From positions 1 to 64,000 of the forward strand of contig MEDY01000036.1 of assembly GCA_001724265.1 (NCBI GenBank): a stretch of 64,000 bases of DNA. Reading direction: 5' to 3'. Shown in pieces: positions 24,501 through 32,792 of this stretch (position 1 is the stretch's first letter; every line of letters starts with the position of its first letter). Below the pieces are notes generated by a model that was given only the letters and a program-made list of their open reading frames with translations, was not told the origin of the DNA and made no database searches. The translations under genes and the position numbers were made by a program. The DNA comes from Rhizaria sp. SCN 62-66. Lineage: Eukaryota.

Positions 24501-24996
24501 GATCAACAGCAACAACCACGGGGCCAATAACCCGAATGTCAATAACAGTCAGGACTCGAGTGTGAACATGATTGATAACAACACCCCATGCACTCAACCT
24601 CAAGGCCCGCGTGTACTTGCTGTACCGGCTGCACCAAAGCCCTATAACAACCGTAGCAATATCATTCAGAGCACAAGTGAGAGCTCTCTTATTAACCACA
24701 ACAACTCACGCACTCGTTCAAGTGTGCACTCATCGGTGCACTCGAACGCGCAGTCGTTTGTGCACGTCCAGTCAAGGTTGCAAATGCAACCATCCCAGCT
24801 CCAATTTCAACAGCAACAACATCCACGAGCTGGACAGCAACAACCAGGTCAAGGTTTGAGTCGGTCCTACAGTCAGAGCGAACCTACTCCTGTCACACCA
24901 CCGAACCAACCCCTGCGTACGCGTGACGCTCACGGCCGTTTGGTCGTCGGTGACCAGCAGCAACCACAACATCGTCGAGATGAGCAGAAACAGTAA
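18502..24996 (+). CDS. Large intronless hypothetical protein, ~2164 aa, mostly low-complexity/disordered
   Basis: 6.5 kb uninterrupted ORF flanked by AT-rich DNA; likely ATG at 18502 (upstream in-frame ATGs from 18334 lie in AT-rich sequence); TAA stop. No family recognised. Confidence 0.75.
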   Translation: MDRGSFNGPPRPGPAVPRLSLSPSDSSRRAATPAHTVVPSVFARPEDDALVQHLTAASVADTSNSRHPLASAGVPSRTPNSVPAPLSAVTPARRNPDHAPQLPRQAGRHPPRPAAVPASASTVNVDSLGLHLSRNNSESFSVINNHSGAFAVCGEAGDAAEDDVTPQQHKRPRLAAPPLLQRLPAQHPLPARAHAPQASNVHVQTTTLLPQQQHRAATPDSAVTPVAVTPGIVNTPVAPSRLATREATLLPVRKSRASQLASATGSSAAGNSLGEPVQGSTNNIYSSHFDDISDGYDGGIDYASIALAASNVSSAHTSISTRTESANINHMNNRHMFMTPVDTSSGTTAPHKQHVANRHSTAVNVVVSDIDDEYEYYDSNTHAAGGRNNITGKNAQHQNVRAYGGARAARAPPPMPSISPLPPNVNNTGVGMNNSNTQTENAYLPTTNPVNTGSSVSQGVHASGSEYSPFYQTPSAPVQHQHYNKLQPQRRHMPQHGINNSDSTSDMATPGSATSGSVARCAKTSTPSVGKHTHASVQHGHLQHQHQPLQQQQRRKPPVAPVPALSPALPVAKQIGLVSSSAGSVGADAAGALDDPLTMAMAAIKNFPVADSGARDAAQAQNRNRAPKSKTMKHGNIASESDNAYDQHADNPDFNENINDVDDGHLQQQHQQYDARASDAAATNSDNIGWGNNTLTGVSDDDGISVLSLPRLMASFCSVTMTPLLPLTHSITVTARNNIGNTSNRDPSAALGASTAISDAGSSAVSDRGNLASTGRGGHEHLLTLNNEDLDSAVLSFAPPSGPQIQPYRRTTSKTNTFATVFSNAVVGAIAATWANMSTRADDAVPVSLADRARAAANVSILNNMLCESVTPVPFISALPPIPNGLTYHASLMPTVIPPPVPVTAMRRRHLREPALVPLHSDMTRDGSDIDNNSGSGRDTGVGALALGGRLWASSANPILFLTTAINNHMNNHTLWTEIVNGHSAGSRNNNGVKQARLMQHLATCDRTTRSQDLAALVVALLSPLTSPSHAHVHGGSNGTARNSDTNSGRPETSSVSTPCHTAIVDYLSGRARLVRASALLGTTKAVTFYANSFSTTNPSNHAAQAPVLPLCGADAYGLGVLLSNLSIATTHGAHSSNYARGMKTRVTRVRDYAAAVATVHTALSAHAAQAATMTVHPSNATLSDDSQDELGSLTVAARCASLSAALPLGLPFYSRLDVVPWRTTRVTNALHLLPALAVTQTNTKACNDHDIVTRTSNRTQKSNHDNGATSSAVSDAPSCMSTVTFDPTVVIPTYVRQDIHRYAHLYPSVPTANPPLVVSAAAAAALACGAGASLATSMGANAFGSGATGTWGTAGKGAVETPSSLYKAGSDLPISVWDYVSAHSVESETWEWWAQAVTARLADSHGNKDSTLYDDLTSASVYDEYDRHNERKMADDTIGDDHNMSVARVAGAEKTNANTTPQSTADVLLSVDPLLRFADLYLTSDSVMLHNHEAEIPAQQLGSDSVSDDALLLSVLSAVLSSSATAHGFMTARTSITKSAATASTTNNNSSSGTATGNAGVAINRGKQKQRVAGQFVDAGNCDEVDGAIKSEANAKLGTKTKMGGRNLIMPVPDFTAIENHNFSAPAAVAPNARNNNNKNYNTSNSRNQVRSTVPLSAQETPYTPQSLSTPGAALSVTSAVPVAHSNAAEGAATVHAVATAATPATTVTPTTVVDSNNTRGHARATAAAAGAPPRPPRDSSIANNASNISTIVQFSTATNASRGLASQIGVTSSAATPLSGSDLRTPANPITTKSAAPIARKRALESDHDGDRGNHDGNGQNSRIQFAPAHKTNHPHAATADMSAHALANTHRNAHSDYGVDAHIHFAAGPDAGIDGYGYGAEANDDDEGDDEDDEVVSEIKWKNHSRLRRHCRECATMYVARQLQQTADDSDSVAVDKSSALYAAARDHASLVPLYRALFYQAKALLFPETGRFSGRVLLSTNAVARAVAAAFALIAPINSNNHGANNPNVNNSQDSSVNMIDNNTPCTQPQGPRVLAVPAAPKPYNNRSNIIQSTSESSLINHNNSRTRSSVHSSVHSNAQSFVHVQSRLQMQPSQLQFQQQQHPRAGQQQPGQGLSRSYSQSEPTPVTPPNQPLRTRDAHGRLVVGDQQQPQHRRDEQKQ

Positions 24997-25830
24997 AAAC
25001 ATGTCTTGACTGCACCATTCTTTGCCGAAGACCACCTGCTAATTGCGGTTTGTCTCCGTGTCACACTTTACACTCCATAAACGTACTTCCCAATTGGGGC
25101 TTCATATTCAGATTTTAGACTTTTACAATAGTAAATAATCAATACATCTTGCGATCACCAGATTTAGCTCACTTCTTGCAAAACACATCGTTATTTGTAC
25201 CAGTTTCGTTCCGGTACTAGTATGTAATTGTAGACAATAATGAATGAGGCTCTGCACAAAAGATTCACGTATCAATCATAATCAGCCTTGACGGGAGTGT
25301 CGATTCAAGCGACAAACCAGGTTGCGGCTCTACCAGATCACAATCGAAAGCTACGACGATCCCCGAAGTCAGTCCGCAAGGCTGGCTTCGAACACATGAC
25401 GATCATGATGTCAAAGGTCAATGAGCCATTCAATGTACGTGAAGTTATTTTTCGCATTCTGGGTGAAAACTTGACACTCCGCGATTCATTCCCTGCCCGC
25501 GCTCTGTAATTTTGCGGATTCTAATCAGTCGCCGTGCAGTCTTCATAACTTGGCAAATAATAAAACTTGGTGGTAAAACGCGGGCGTTTACCAGCACTTG
25601 GCTAGTATGTGGGCTTAGAATGATGTTATGCTGGCAGATTGAAAAGACCGCATAGCTATGTATTCAATGACTGATGTAAGACGTCTCAAAACATCAGTGG
25701 TGGAAACAAAGACGAAGAATACAAGAATACAATATTTGTCACAAGTGGAGATGCACATATAACATCTGATGGTCATATCGGGATCATACAACACAACATT
25801 CGGTGATGAGTTGAACGGTGATGATCATAC

Positions 25831-25878
25831 GGAACTGCATACGCACACGATTCCGGAACTGCATACGCACACGATTCC
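25831..25878. repeat. Perfect 24-bp tandem duplication (GGAACTGCATACGCACACGATTCC x2)
   Basis: Copies at 25831-25854 and 25855-25878, directly adjacent with no spacer. Confidence 0.9.
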
Positions 25879-26115
25879 AAAGCAGTGAATATGACTGGAA
25901 CAGAGGGAAGAACTAGAGAACGGAAGAGGCAGAGAAAAAAACATGTACAGAAAACATAGCGAAAACGCAAAGATAAGGGTGTGCGTTGGCAATCACATTC
26001 ACACAAGACAATCTGAACCGTAAGCAATATCGAAAGGCAGCGTCTTAAATCGCTGTGCAAAAGGATATTAGCAAAATATCCTTAAGTTGCTGGAGGCGAG
26101 AAAAGAAAAAGCCAT

Positions 26116-27208
26116 TTACCGGAAGAAGAGAAGCGAACATAGTTTCTTAAGAATTGCCACGACCACAATCAGCAGTCCCATTAACCTGAGTACAAAAAGA
26201 CACATCGTAAAATAAAACAAAGTAAGTACAGTAGTCATTTATGAGAAACATCCATGGACATTAACATGGCAATTAGAAAACAATATGATTCAATCCAGCA
26301 AGTGCACATTAAAAAATCACGTTTAATGTTGGTATATTTCACTTCACAAGTGAAACTTGGGGACGTGGGGACGTGGGGACGTACTTGAGAATGAACATCG
26401 AGTTGTCGTGGAGCTTAAACTCGAGCTTCTTGGTCTTATCGTTGTACACCTCGGGGTCCTTCTTGACCCACCGTGGGTAGCACTGCACGCACAGGTCAAC
26501 GTCGGCCACCGTGCTCGGGCCCACCACGCCCGCCAGCGCCGCAGTCGCCGCGGCGGGCGGGGCTGTGGCGTTGGCCGCGCCCGGGGCGGAGCCGGCCTTG
26601 GTGTTCTTGTAGTAGTTGTACAGATTCTGTTTGCCACATGCGTCGCACTGGTGCGCGCCTGCGCGCCGCGCAAGCAGCGGCAGCAGCGCCTCCATGCTGG
26701 CCGTGACGAACTCGCCGAACTTGCGGCCGACGCTGCCGCCCTGCTCGGAAACGCGCGTGACGGTCGCGTCCGAGGGCTTGTGTAGCGCCACGGCGGCGAC
26801 GGAGCCCGTGACCAAGAGCGCGGTCGCCTCAGACACGTCCGCGATGGCCTCGCGCGTGTTGGCAATGAACTAGTCCGCCGCGGCGAGCGTCGACGGCATC
26901 ACGCTCTTGGCCAGCGCGGGCGCGGGCTCGCGGGAGACACGGGGGTGGTCGTCGTCGTCAGCGATCACAGGCAGGTCAAGCGGCGGGAGGCTCGTTGTGT
27001 TGTCTTCGGGGGCGTCGGCGACCATGTCGTAGTCGGCGTCGTCCTTGTCGAGGTGGGTCGAGCTTGACAGCGCGGGCATGGACGGGGGCGCCAGCGTTGC
27101 AGTCTCAGAAGCAGCATCAGCAGCAGAGTTGGAGTCGGCGGTGCTGTGCGTGCTGTCAGTGGGGGAGACGCACTCAGGATCGGCGTACAAAGCGGCGGAA
27201 TCACTCAT
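26116..27208 (-). CDS. Hypothetical protein with a degenerate ZZ-type zinc-finger-like motif; exon 27208-26385 (contains an in-frame TAG) and a tentative last exon 26185-26116
   Basis: ORFs 26870..27208 and 26339..26836 share one frame, separated only by a TAG. HQCDACG...YY...DVDLCVQCY motif; GTACGT donor at 26384. The last exon (hydrophobic tail, TAA) is speculative. Confidence 0.65.
26870..26872 (-). other. In-frame TAG, candidate sense (Gln) codon
   Basis: GCG GCG GAC TAG TTC ATT GCC AAC ACG CGC GAG: coding-like codon bias on both sides and no intron signals. Confidence 0.7.
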
Positions 27209-27851
27209 TTCGGTGAGAGATAAGCGCTAAGAAAGATTGGTTATGGTTGGAGGACAGGAGTGTCGGTTAGCAGGCGATAGTTGGGTAGGAGCAAGAGGAT
27301 GCAGTCAGCAGTCAGCAGCGCATCTTTTGAGACGTGAAATAACAGCAAAGACCTATGCATTCTGGGTGTTATGATTTGAGACAAGATATGTGCATATCTA
27401 TTTCTATCGAAAAGATGTGAAAATTCCCACTCTGTCGATCAAATTGCGTTATTTCAGCTGTTTCTGAAATCCGCCACACCACTCCTTCAATCCAACCACA
27501 AATCGGTTTTGCGTCACCATGGTCACAAGTCACCGTCTGGTCAGTCGCGACTAGGATCTCCCGCCCGCGTGCCGCTCCGACAAGAACGCGTGAGGTCGGT
27601 GTTGTGAATATCTTTTGCGCATCGCGGTTAGTTCTTTTACAACATCTTGCTTTTAAATGTTGGATGATCACGTGACTATTAACATACAAGAAGATAAGTC
27701 GTCGTCTTTGCCAGTTTTTGCCACACGCTGATGTGCTCCGCAAACGCCGCACTTCGCGCCCACTGATTCGTGTCAAGAGAACTCACTAGTACTCTTACCC
27801 TTACCATTAAATTTTATTTCACCCTTTTCATTCTACATACAGGTGACTGCG

Positions 27852-28886
27852 ATGTCATCGAACCACAACATCGCTAAGATCAACCGCGGCCCCAGGTTCC
27901 TGGAAGTTGAGGGACAGGAAGGCTCTTCGGTCTCAGCTTCGGCAGCTGTCGCACCAACAACGGAGCGCTCAAAGGAAGCCGTTTTCTTCAGGATCGGTAG
28001 CCATAGCAAAAAAAACCGCAACGACAATGATGTTGAAAACAAGGAAATCGCTGCTGTTGATGGTCCTGCTGTGGCTGCTACTTATACTCCGATTTCGGCT
28101 CACCGGAGTTCCGCAGTCGCTGGGCCCTCTGCCATCATGGCAGCACACATTAAGCCGTACGGTCCTACTGTAGCAGCTGCCAGGCAATCTGTTATTGTCG
28201 CCGAACGCGAGCTCAGCTGGAAGTCCAAAGCGCTGAGCATAATCGTCCCGAAGAGGCTGTCACTCGCCGATATTGCGACGCAGGCTGACTGTGCTGTGGC
28301 CGAGGCGAAGTTTAACAGGGCAACTGCTGAGCTCAAACGCGCAAAGACCGAGGCTAAGCTACGGATGGCGCATGAAAGCGTGACTACTGCTCATACTGCT
28401 GTCGCTAACGGAGTTTCTGGAGCATACACTGATCTGGCGGCGACCGAGGCAAATCTCAAAAAGGTTCAAGTTGCGCTTGAGACGGCGACTACAAAGCTTG
28501 AAGTCGCTGATGGGAAGCTACGTACAGCCAACTTCAAGTTAGACATTGCATGTGCTAAGCGTGACTCCGATGACGCGCGTAGCACCGCGAGCGACGCTAG
28601 TTGCGATGTCACGAACTATACCAAACTGTTTGACTTAATATACAACGACGTGATGAAGATTTTCAATCAAAAGAGGAGGCGTGAGGTCAGTGAGAGGGAT
28701 TACCGCAGGGATGGCCTCGCGATGATTCTGCGTGGGCCGGCTGGCACATTTTGTAACACGCGACAAGAGTTCCCCGCTGCGGAGTACTTTGATTATCATC
28801 TGAAAGCAACAACAATCATAACACGATATTTGTCATCATATACGTATACGTACGAGTATTTACTCATATGTATTTATCAACACTAA
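27852..28886 (+). CDS. Hypothetical protein, ~344 aa, with a central Ala/Lys/Glu-rich coiled-coil-like segment
   Basis: 1 kb ORF with weak GC3 bias; heptad-like stretch AEAKFNRATAELKRAK...LKKVQVALETATTKLEVA; TAA stop. The AT-rich 3' tail may be intronic or degenerate. Confidence 0.55.
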   Translation: MSSNHNIAKINRGPRFLEVEGQEGSSVSASAAVAPTTERSKEAVFFRIGSHSKKNRNDNDVENKEIAAVDGPAVAATYTPISAHRSSAVAGPSAIMAAHIKPYGPTVAAARQSVIVAERELSWKSKALSIIVPKRLSLADIATQADCAVAEAKFNRATAELKRAKTEAKLRMAHESVTTAHTAVANGVSGAYTDLAATEANLKKVQVALETATTKLEVADGKLRTANFKLDIACAKRDSDDARSTASDASCDVTNYTKLFDLIYNDVMKIFNQKRRREVSERDYRRDGLAMILRGPAGTFCNTRQEFPAAEYFDYHLKATTIITRYLSSYTYTYEYLLICIYQH

Positions 28887-29075
28887 TCATCCACAGTTGC
28901 AGCCAAAAGCAACAATCATGACACAAATTAATACTTTATTTTCTATTCTTCTGCACTTTTTTTCTGTGCAAATACTCAAACTAGAAACACATACTTTATA
29001 CACATGCTTCCTTCCAACAACAAACCCTGACACCGTCGTCGAAGTATCTAAGTAGCCATAATCTTACTTTCCCCA

Positions 29076-29099
29076 GTGCGTGCGTGCGTGCGTGCGTGC
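29076..29099. repeat. (GTGC)6 microsatellite
   Basis: Seen directly, downstream of the aquaporin stop codon. Confidence 0.9.
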
Positions 29100-29203
29100 A
29101 CATCAATCTCTCGTTCACACCAACCTCATGAGGCCCTCGCGAGTGACTCGCAACGGTTACTCGTAAGTAACACGCGAGGTTGACACTGGCAAGCTTTAAG
29201 AGC

Positions 29204-29935
29204 TTACTCGCGCCACTTCTTGACCCAAAGCAGGAAGCAGAGCGCGCCGATCGTGGCGCCCAGGAAGGACCCGGCAAAGTCGATCCACACGTAGGTCCAT
29301 TCGCCGGCGATGACGGCGTGCGCGAGCGCGCGCGCGCAGTTGAGTGTGCCGTTGTAGGCCAGGAAGGCGAGCAGGCGGACGGCGATGAAGGCGAAGCAAA
29401 GGATGATCGAGGACATGCGGCCCTCGTTATTGCGCACGGCGAGGATGGTGAAGGTCAAGAACGTGCCCATCACGGCCGACAGCCCGAACGCGGAGAGCGC
29501 CGACACGCCGATGTTGAGCTTAGCGACGGCGGCGTCGGTGGGCAGCACGCCAGACACGGCCAGGACGCCAAGCAGCGCGCCGCCGACCTGGACGACCCAG
29601 AAGGCGAGCGTGCGGCCGATGTGCCAGAGCGACCAGTTGGAGTAGAGATTGGCGATGCAAATGCCGAAGGAAAAGGCCGGGTTGAGGTAGCCCGAGGTCT
29701 GGAACGAGAGCTTCATCGTCAGATACACCAGTGCGTAGTACATGAAGCCGTCGAGCATGGCCACCGTGAGAGCGTTGGCGAGCTTGAGCCCGCCGCGCGA
29801 GGCGGTGAGGGACGTCACGGTAATGCAGCCAGCGATAAAGGAGTAGAGCAGCGTGCCGATGAACTCGGGTGGCAGCGAGAGGAGCACGGAGCGGCCGATT
29901 TGGCGCTTCCACTTCGGGTTGTTAATCGGAGACAT
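29204..29935 (-). CDS. Aquaporin / major intrinsic protein, 243 aa, NPA/NCA motifs
   Basis: EFIGTLLY in helix 1, SGYLNPA, QVGGALLG, GTLNCARALA and WIDFAGSFLGATIGA; about six hydrophobic helices; TAA stop. Confidence 0.92.
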   Translation of the reverse strand: MSPINNPKWKRQIGRSVLLSLPPEFIGTLLYSFIAGCITVTSLTASRGGLKLANALTVAMLDGFMYYALVYLTMKLSFQTSGYLNPAFSFGICIANLYSNWSLWHIGRTLAFWVVQVGGALLGVLAVSGVLPTDAAVAKLNIGVSALSAFGLSAVMGTFLTFTILAVRNNEGRMSSIILCFAFIAVRLLAFLAYNGTLNCARALAHAVIAGEWTYVWIDFAGSFLGATIGALCFLLWVKKWRE

Positions 29936-31674
29936 CGCTGCTTAGGGACAGGAGCAAATGTGCGGGGCGGCCTTATCCTCTAGAGTCGTACTCAACTTTG
30001 TTTTTTCAATAATTAGTGGCGAGTTGGTTGATCTAGAGCGGTTGTAGAGGCAGGACAGCGGACAAGGAGGGAGAAAAGTGACGGCAAACGTGAGCGGGGA
30101 AAAGGAGAAAAAATATACGACCGATAGAGCGGTCTAATGAAGGTTTCATCAGCTTGTATAACATGAACAAATAGAAAACACCCGGTTTACTCCACAGTTC
30201 CTATAGCTAACCCACTTGCGGTGAATGCGTGTTGCTTGAGTGCTGCTTGTTTCGCTTGCTGATTCGCCCCTTGTCTCCACCACCAAAACGAGGCAACCTA
30301 CTGGGAGCAGCGCAAAAACAAGCATATTCAGAACGGATATCTTACGAAAATTTTGATTTATGAAGATGTTCCGTGATATGACACATGGATACATGCTTCC
30401 TGTAGCATATTAAGTTAGATTTGACATTTAACTTCGTTTACACTGTATTATTCGATGTTTTTGGAGAATGCGTCTGGATCTACTCACTGAAGTACGACAC
30501 AGAAAGCACGTTCAAAGATTTGTTTGCAAAAAATAAACGAGCGCACGCCGCAGGTTATCACATAAGCAATAATACATCATGGCGTTATTACCAGCAACAC
30601 GCGTTAAAGCTGTTGGTGAGCAGGATTTAGGAATCTTTGTGAACTCGTCACAGTTGGATGCATGCTATCCGCCACAACTTATCGGCCCCAGAGTGCGATG
30701 CCCAGTGCTAAAAACCAGCCCACAAGATCAAATACGCCTGTCAGTCCAAGATCCCGCGATCAAGTCAGTCACCGTGCCCAGAGTGTGCGGCGGTACGCGA
30801 GCGCGCGACCGAGCGCGGCAGCGAGCCGTTGTTGCACTTGGCCAGCAGCGCAAGTAGCACGCTGTAACGAGGGCAAGCACGGGAGAACTGCGACAGCAAA
30901 CAACATCACCGCAGACTAAAAGCTTCACGGGACGGCGCCGGGCAACAGCGCCGCTGCGAGTAAGGATACGACACTAGAGACCAGAATGCAACGCTTTGGG
31001 CGATGTCCACGCGAACTCATGAAGGAGTGCAGGTACGGTAGTTGTAACCCAATGAATTTCAAGAGCGATAAGTATATTCCTACCAAAACCCACTGGGATA
31101 TCACAATTCGCACCCTATATTATCCTTGGTTGCCTGGTATACCATGCTGATTGCTTCTTGAACGAACTGGCAGAGTTGGACAGCCGCACACTGTGACCGC
31201 GAGCTTTGAGGGCAGGCTAGCCGATTGACGGAACAGAGTGTATCTTACTAAGAACCCTAATTCAGCTGGTGCACTTGATTTATTATTTACTATTTGGCAT
31301 GTTGTATCTCTGGTCGTTATTGCAATTGCGTTTGACGATGTACATATGTCTGACGAAGCTGTCGGAATCACTCCAAACCAAGATTTACCCGCCCGACCTT
31401 GTTTCACCTCTCACTTAGGATATCTCTACTTTAGTAAAAAGGTTACAAAGTGCTAGGCGTATATCTCGTTATTTTGCGATTGTATGTTTGGTAACACAAC
31501 TCGACCTTATCTAGAAACTCTTTCTTGCCTCGTATTCCTGGTTTCTGGCCACACCCTCCCCTAACCCTTTGTACCCTGCCAGACTCCTTATTCTTCTCCC
31601 AAGCGCCACTCTACTCTTCTAAAGCCACAACCCCTGCGCCTTTTAACAGTCTCTACTCTGTCTTCTTACGCGCG

Positions 31675-32759
31675 ATGTGGAAGAGTCTGTTCGGCAACAA
31701 GAGTGCGACGCCCAAGGCCGGCGGCTCCGGCGGCCCCTTCTCCAGCCCCAAAGGTGGCAAGCCCGCGGCGCCGACCTTCACGCTCACGACGCTGAAGCTT
31801 AAGTACGCGCGCCTGGAGCAGTACGCTGTGATTACGGCGGCGAACCGCGACGAAGTGGTGGAGCTGATCCGCCTCATCGCCGAGCTCGTCATCTGGGGCG
31901 ACCAAAACGACCCCAGCTTTTTCGACTACTTCGCAGAGTGCCGCGCCATCGCGCATATCACGAAGCTCGTGTCGAGCGACAATTGCCCACATCAGGTTCA
32001 GGGCCAGATCATCCAGACTATCTCGATGCTAATCCAGAACACCAACTCCCCCATCGCCGTCTTCTACCTGCTCTCGAACAACTACATCAACGACCTCATC
32101 ACACACCCCTTCAAGTTCGACCAGCACGAAGACTTGCTCGCGGCCTACATCTCCTTCCTCAAGGCGCTCTCGCTGCGCTTCAACTCGCAGACGATCCACT
32201 TCTTCTTCAACGCCAAGTCGGGCGACTTCCCGCTCTACGTCGAAGCCCTGCGCTTGTGCCGGCACCGGGACCCGATGGTGAAGAACTTCGTGCGCACCAT
32301 CTCGCTCGTCGTGTTCCAGCTCGCGCGCTCGGAGCCCGCGCTGCTGGCGTTTGTGCACGCACAGACGGCGCTGCCGTACTTCGCCAACGTTGCCTGGGGT
32401 CTGCGCGAGCAGACTCTGCAGCTGGACTGGGCGCTCAGCGCGGCCGCAGATCCCTTCCTGCAGCTGCAGCACACTGTTTCAGACGGTAACGCCGCTGCGG
32501 CGGGCGCGGGCGCGTCTGCGAGCGCGGGCGTGAGCGGGAGTCGTGCGGTGACGGTGACGCCCGCGGCGACGGCGGCGGGGGCCGTCAACTCGAGCGGCAA
32601 CGTCAACATGCTCGTCCTGAAGCGGCGCGAGGCGGCCACGCGGCTCGGCCAGGCCGCGGCTACGGCGGTCGACTCGATCGAGGCCAGCACACACCTCGCC
32701 TGCACCAGCGTCGCCGTTGCCGGCAGCGCGGGGGCGCAGCCGCTCGCCACCGCGGCCAC

Positions 32760-32792
<33 letters not shown>

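Noticed and set aside
25831-25878. 24-bp direct repeat as a CRISPR array or transposon end
   Set aside because: Only two adjacent copies, no spacers, no cas or transposase gene, eukaryotic context.
26358-26381. (TGGGGACG)x3 repeat
   Set aside because: Short slippage repeat at the start of an intron; nothing supports a function.
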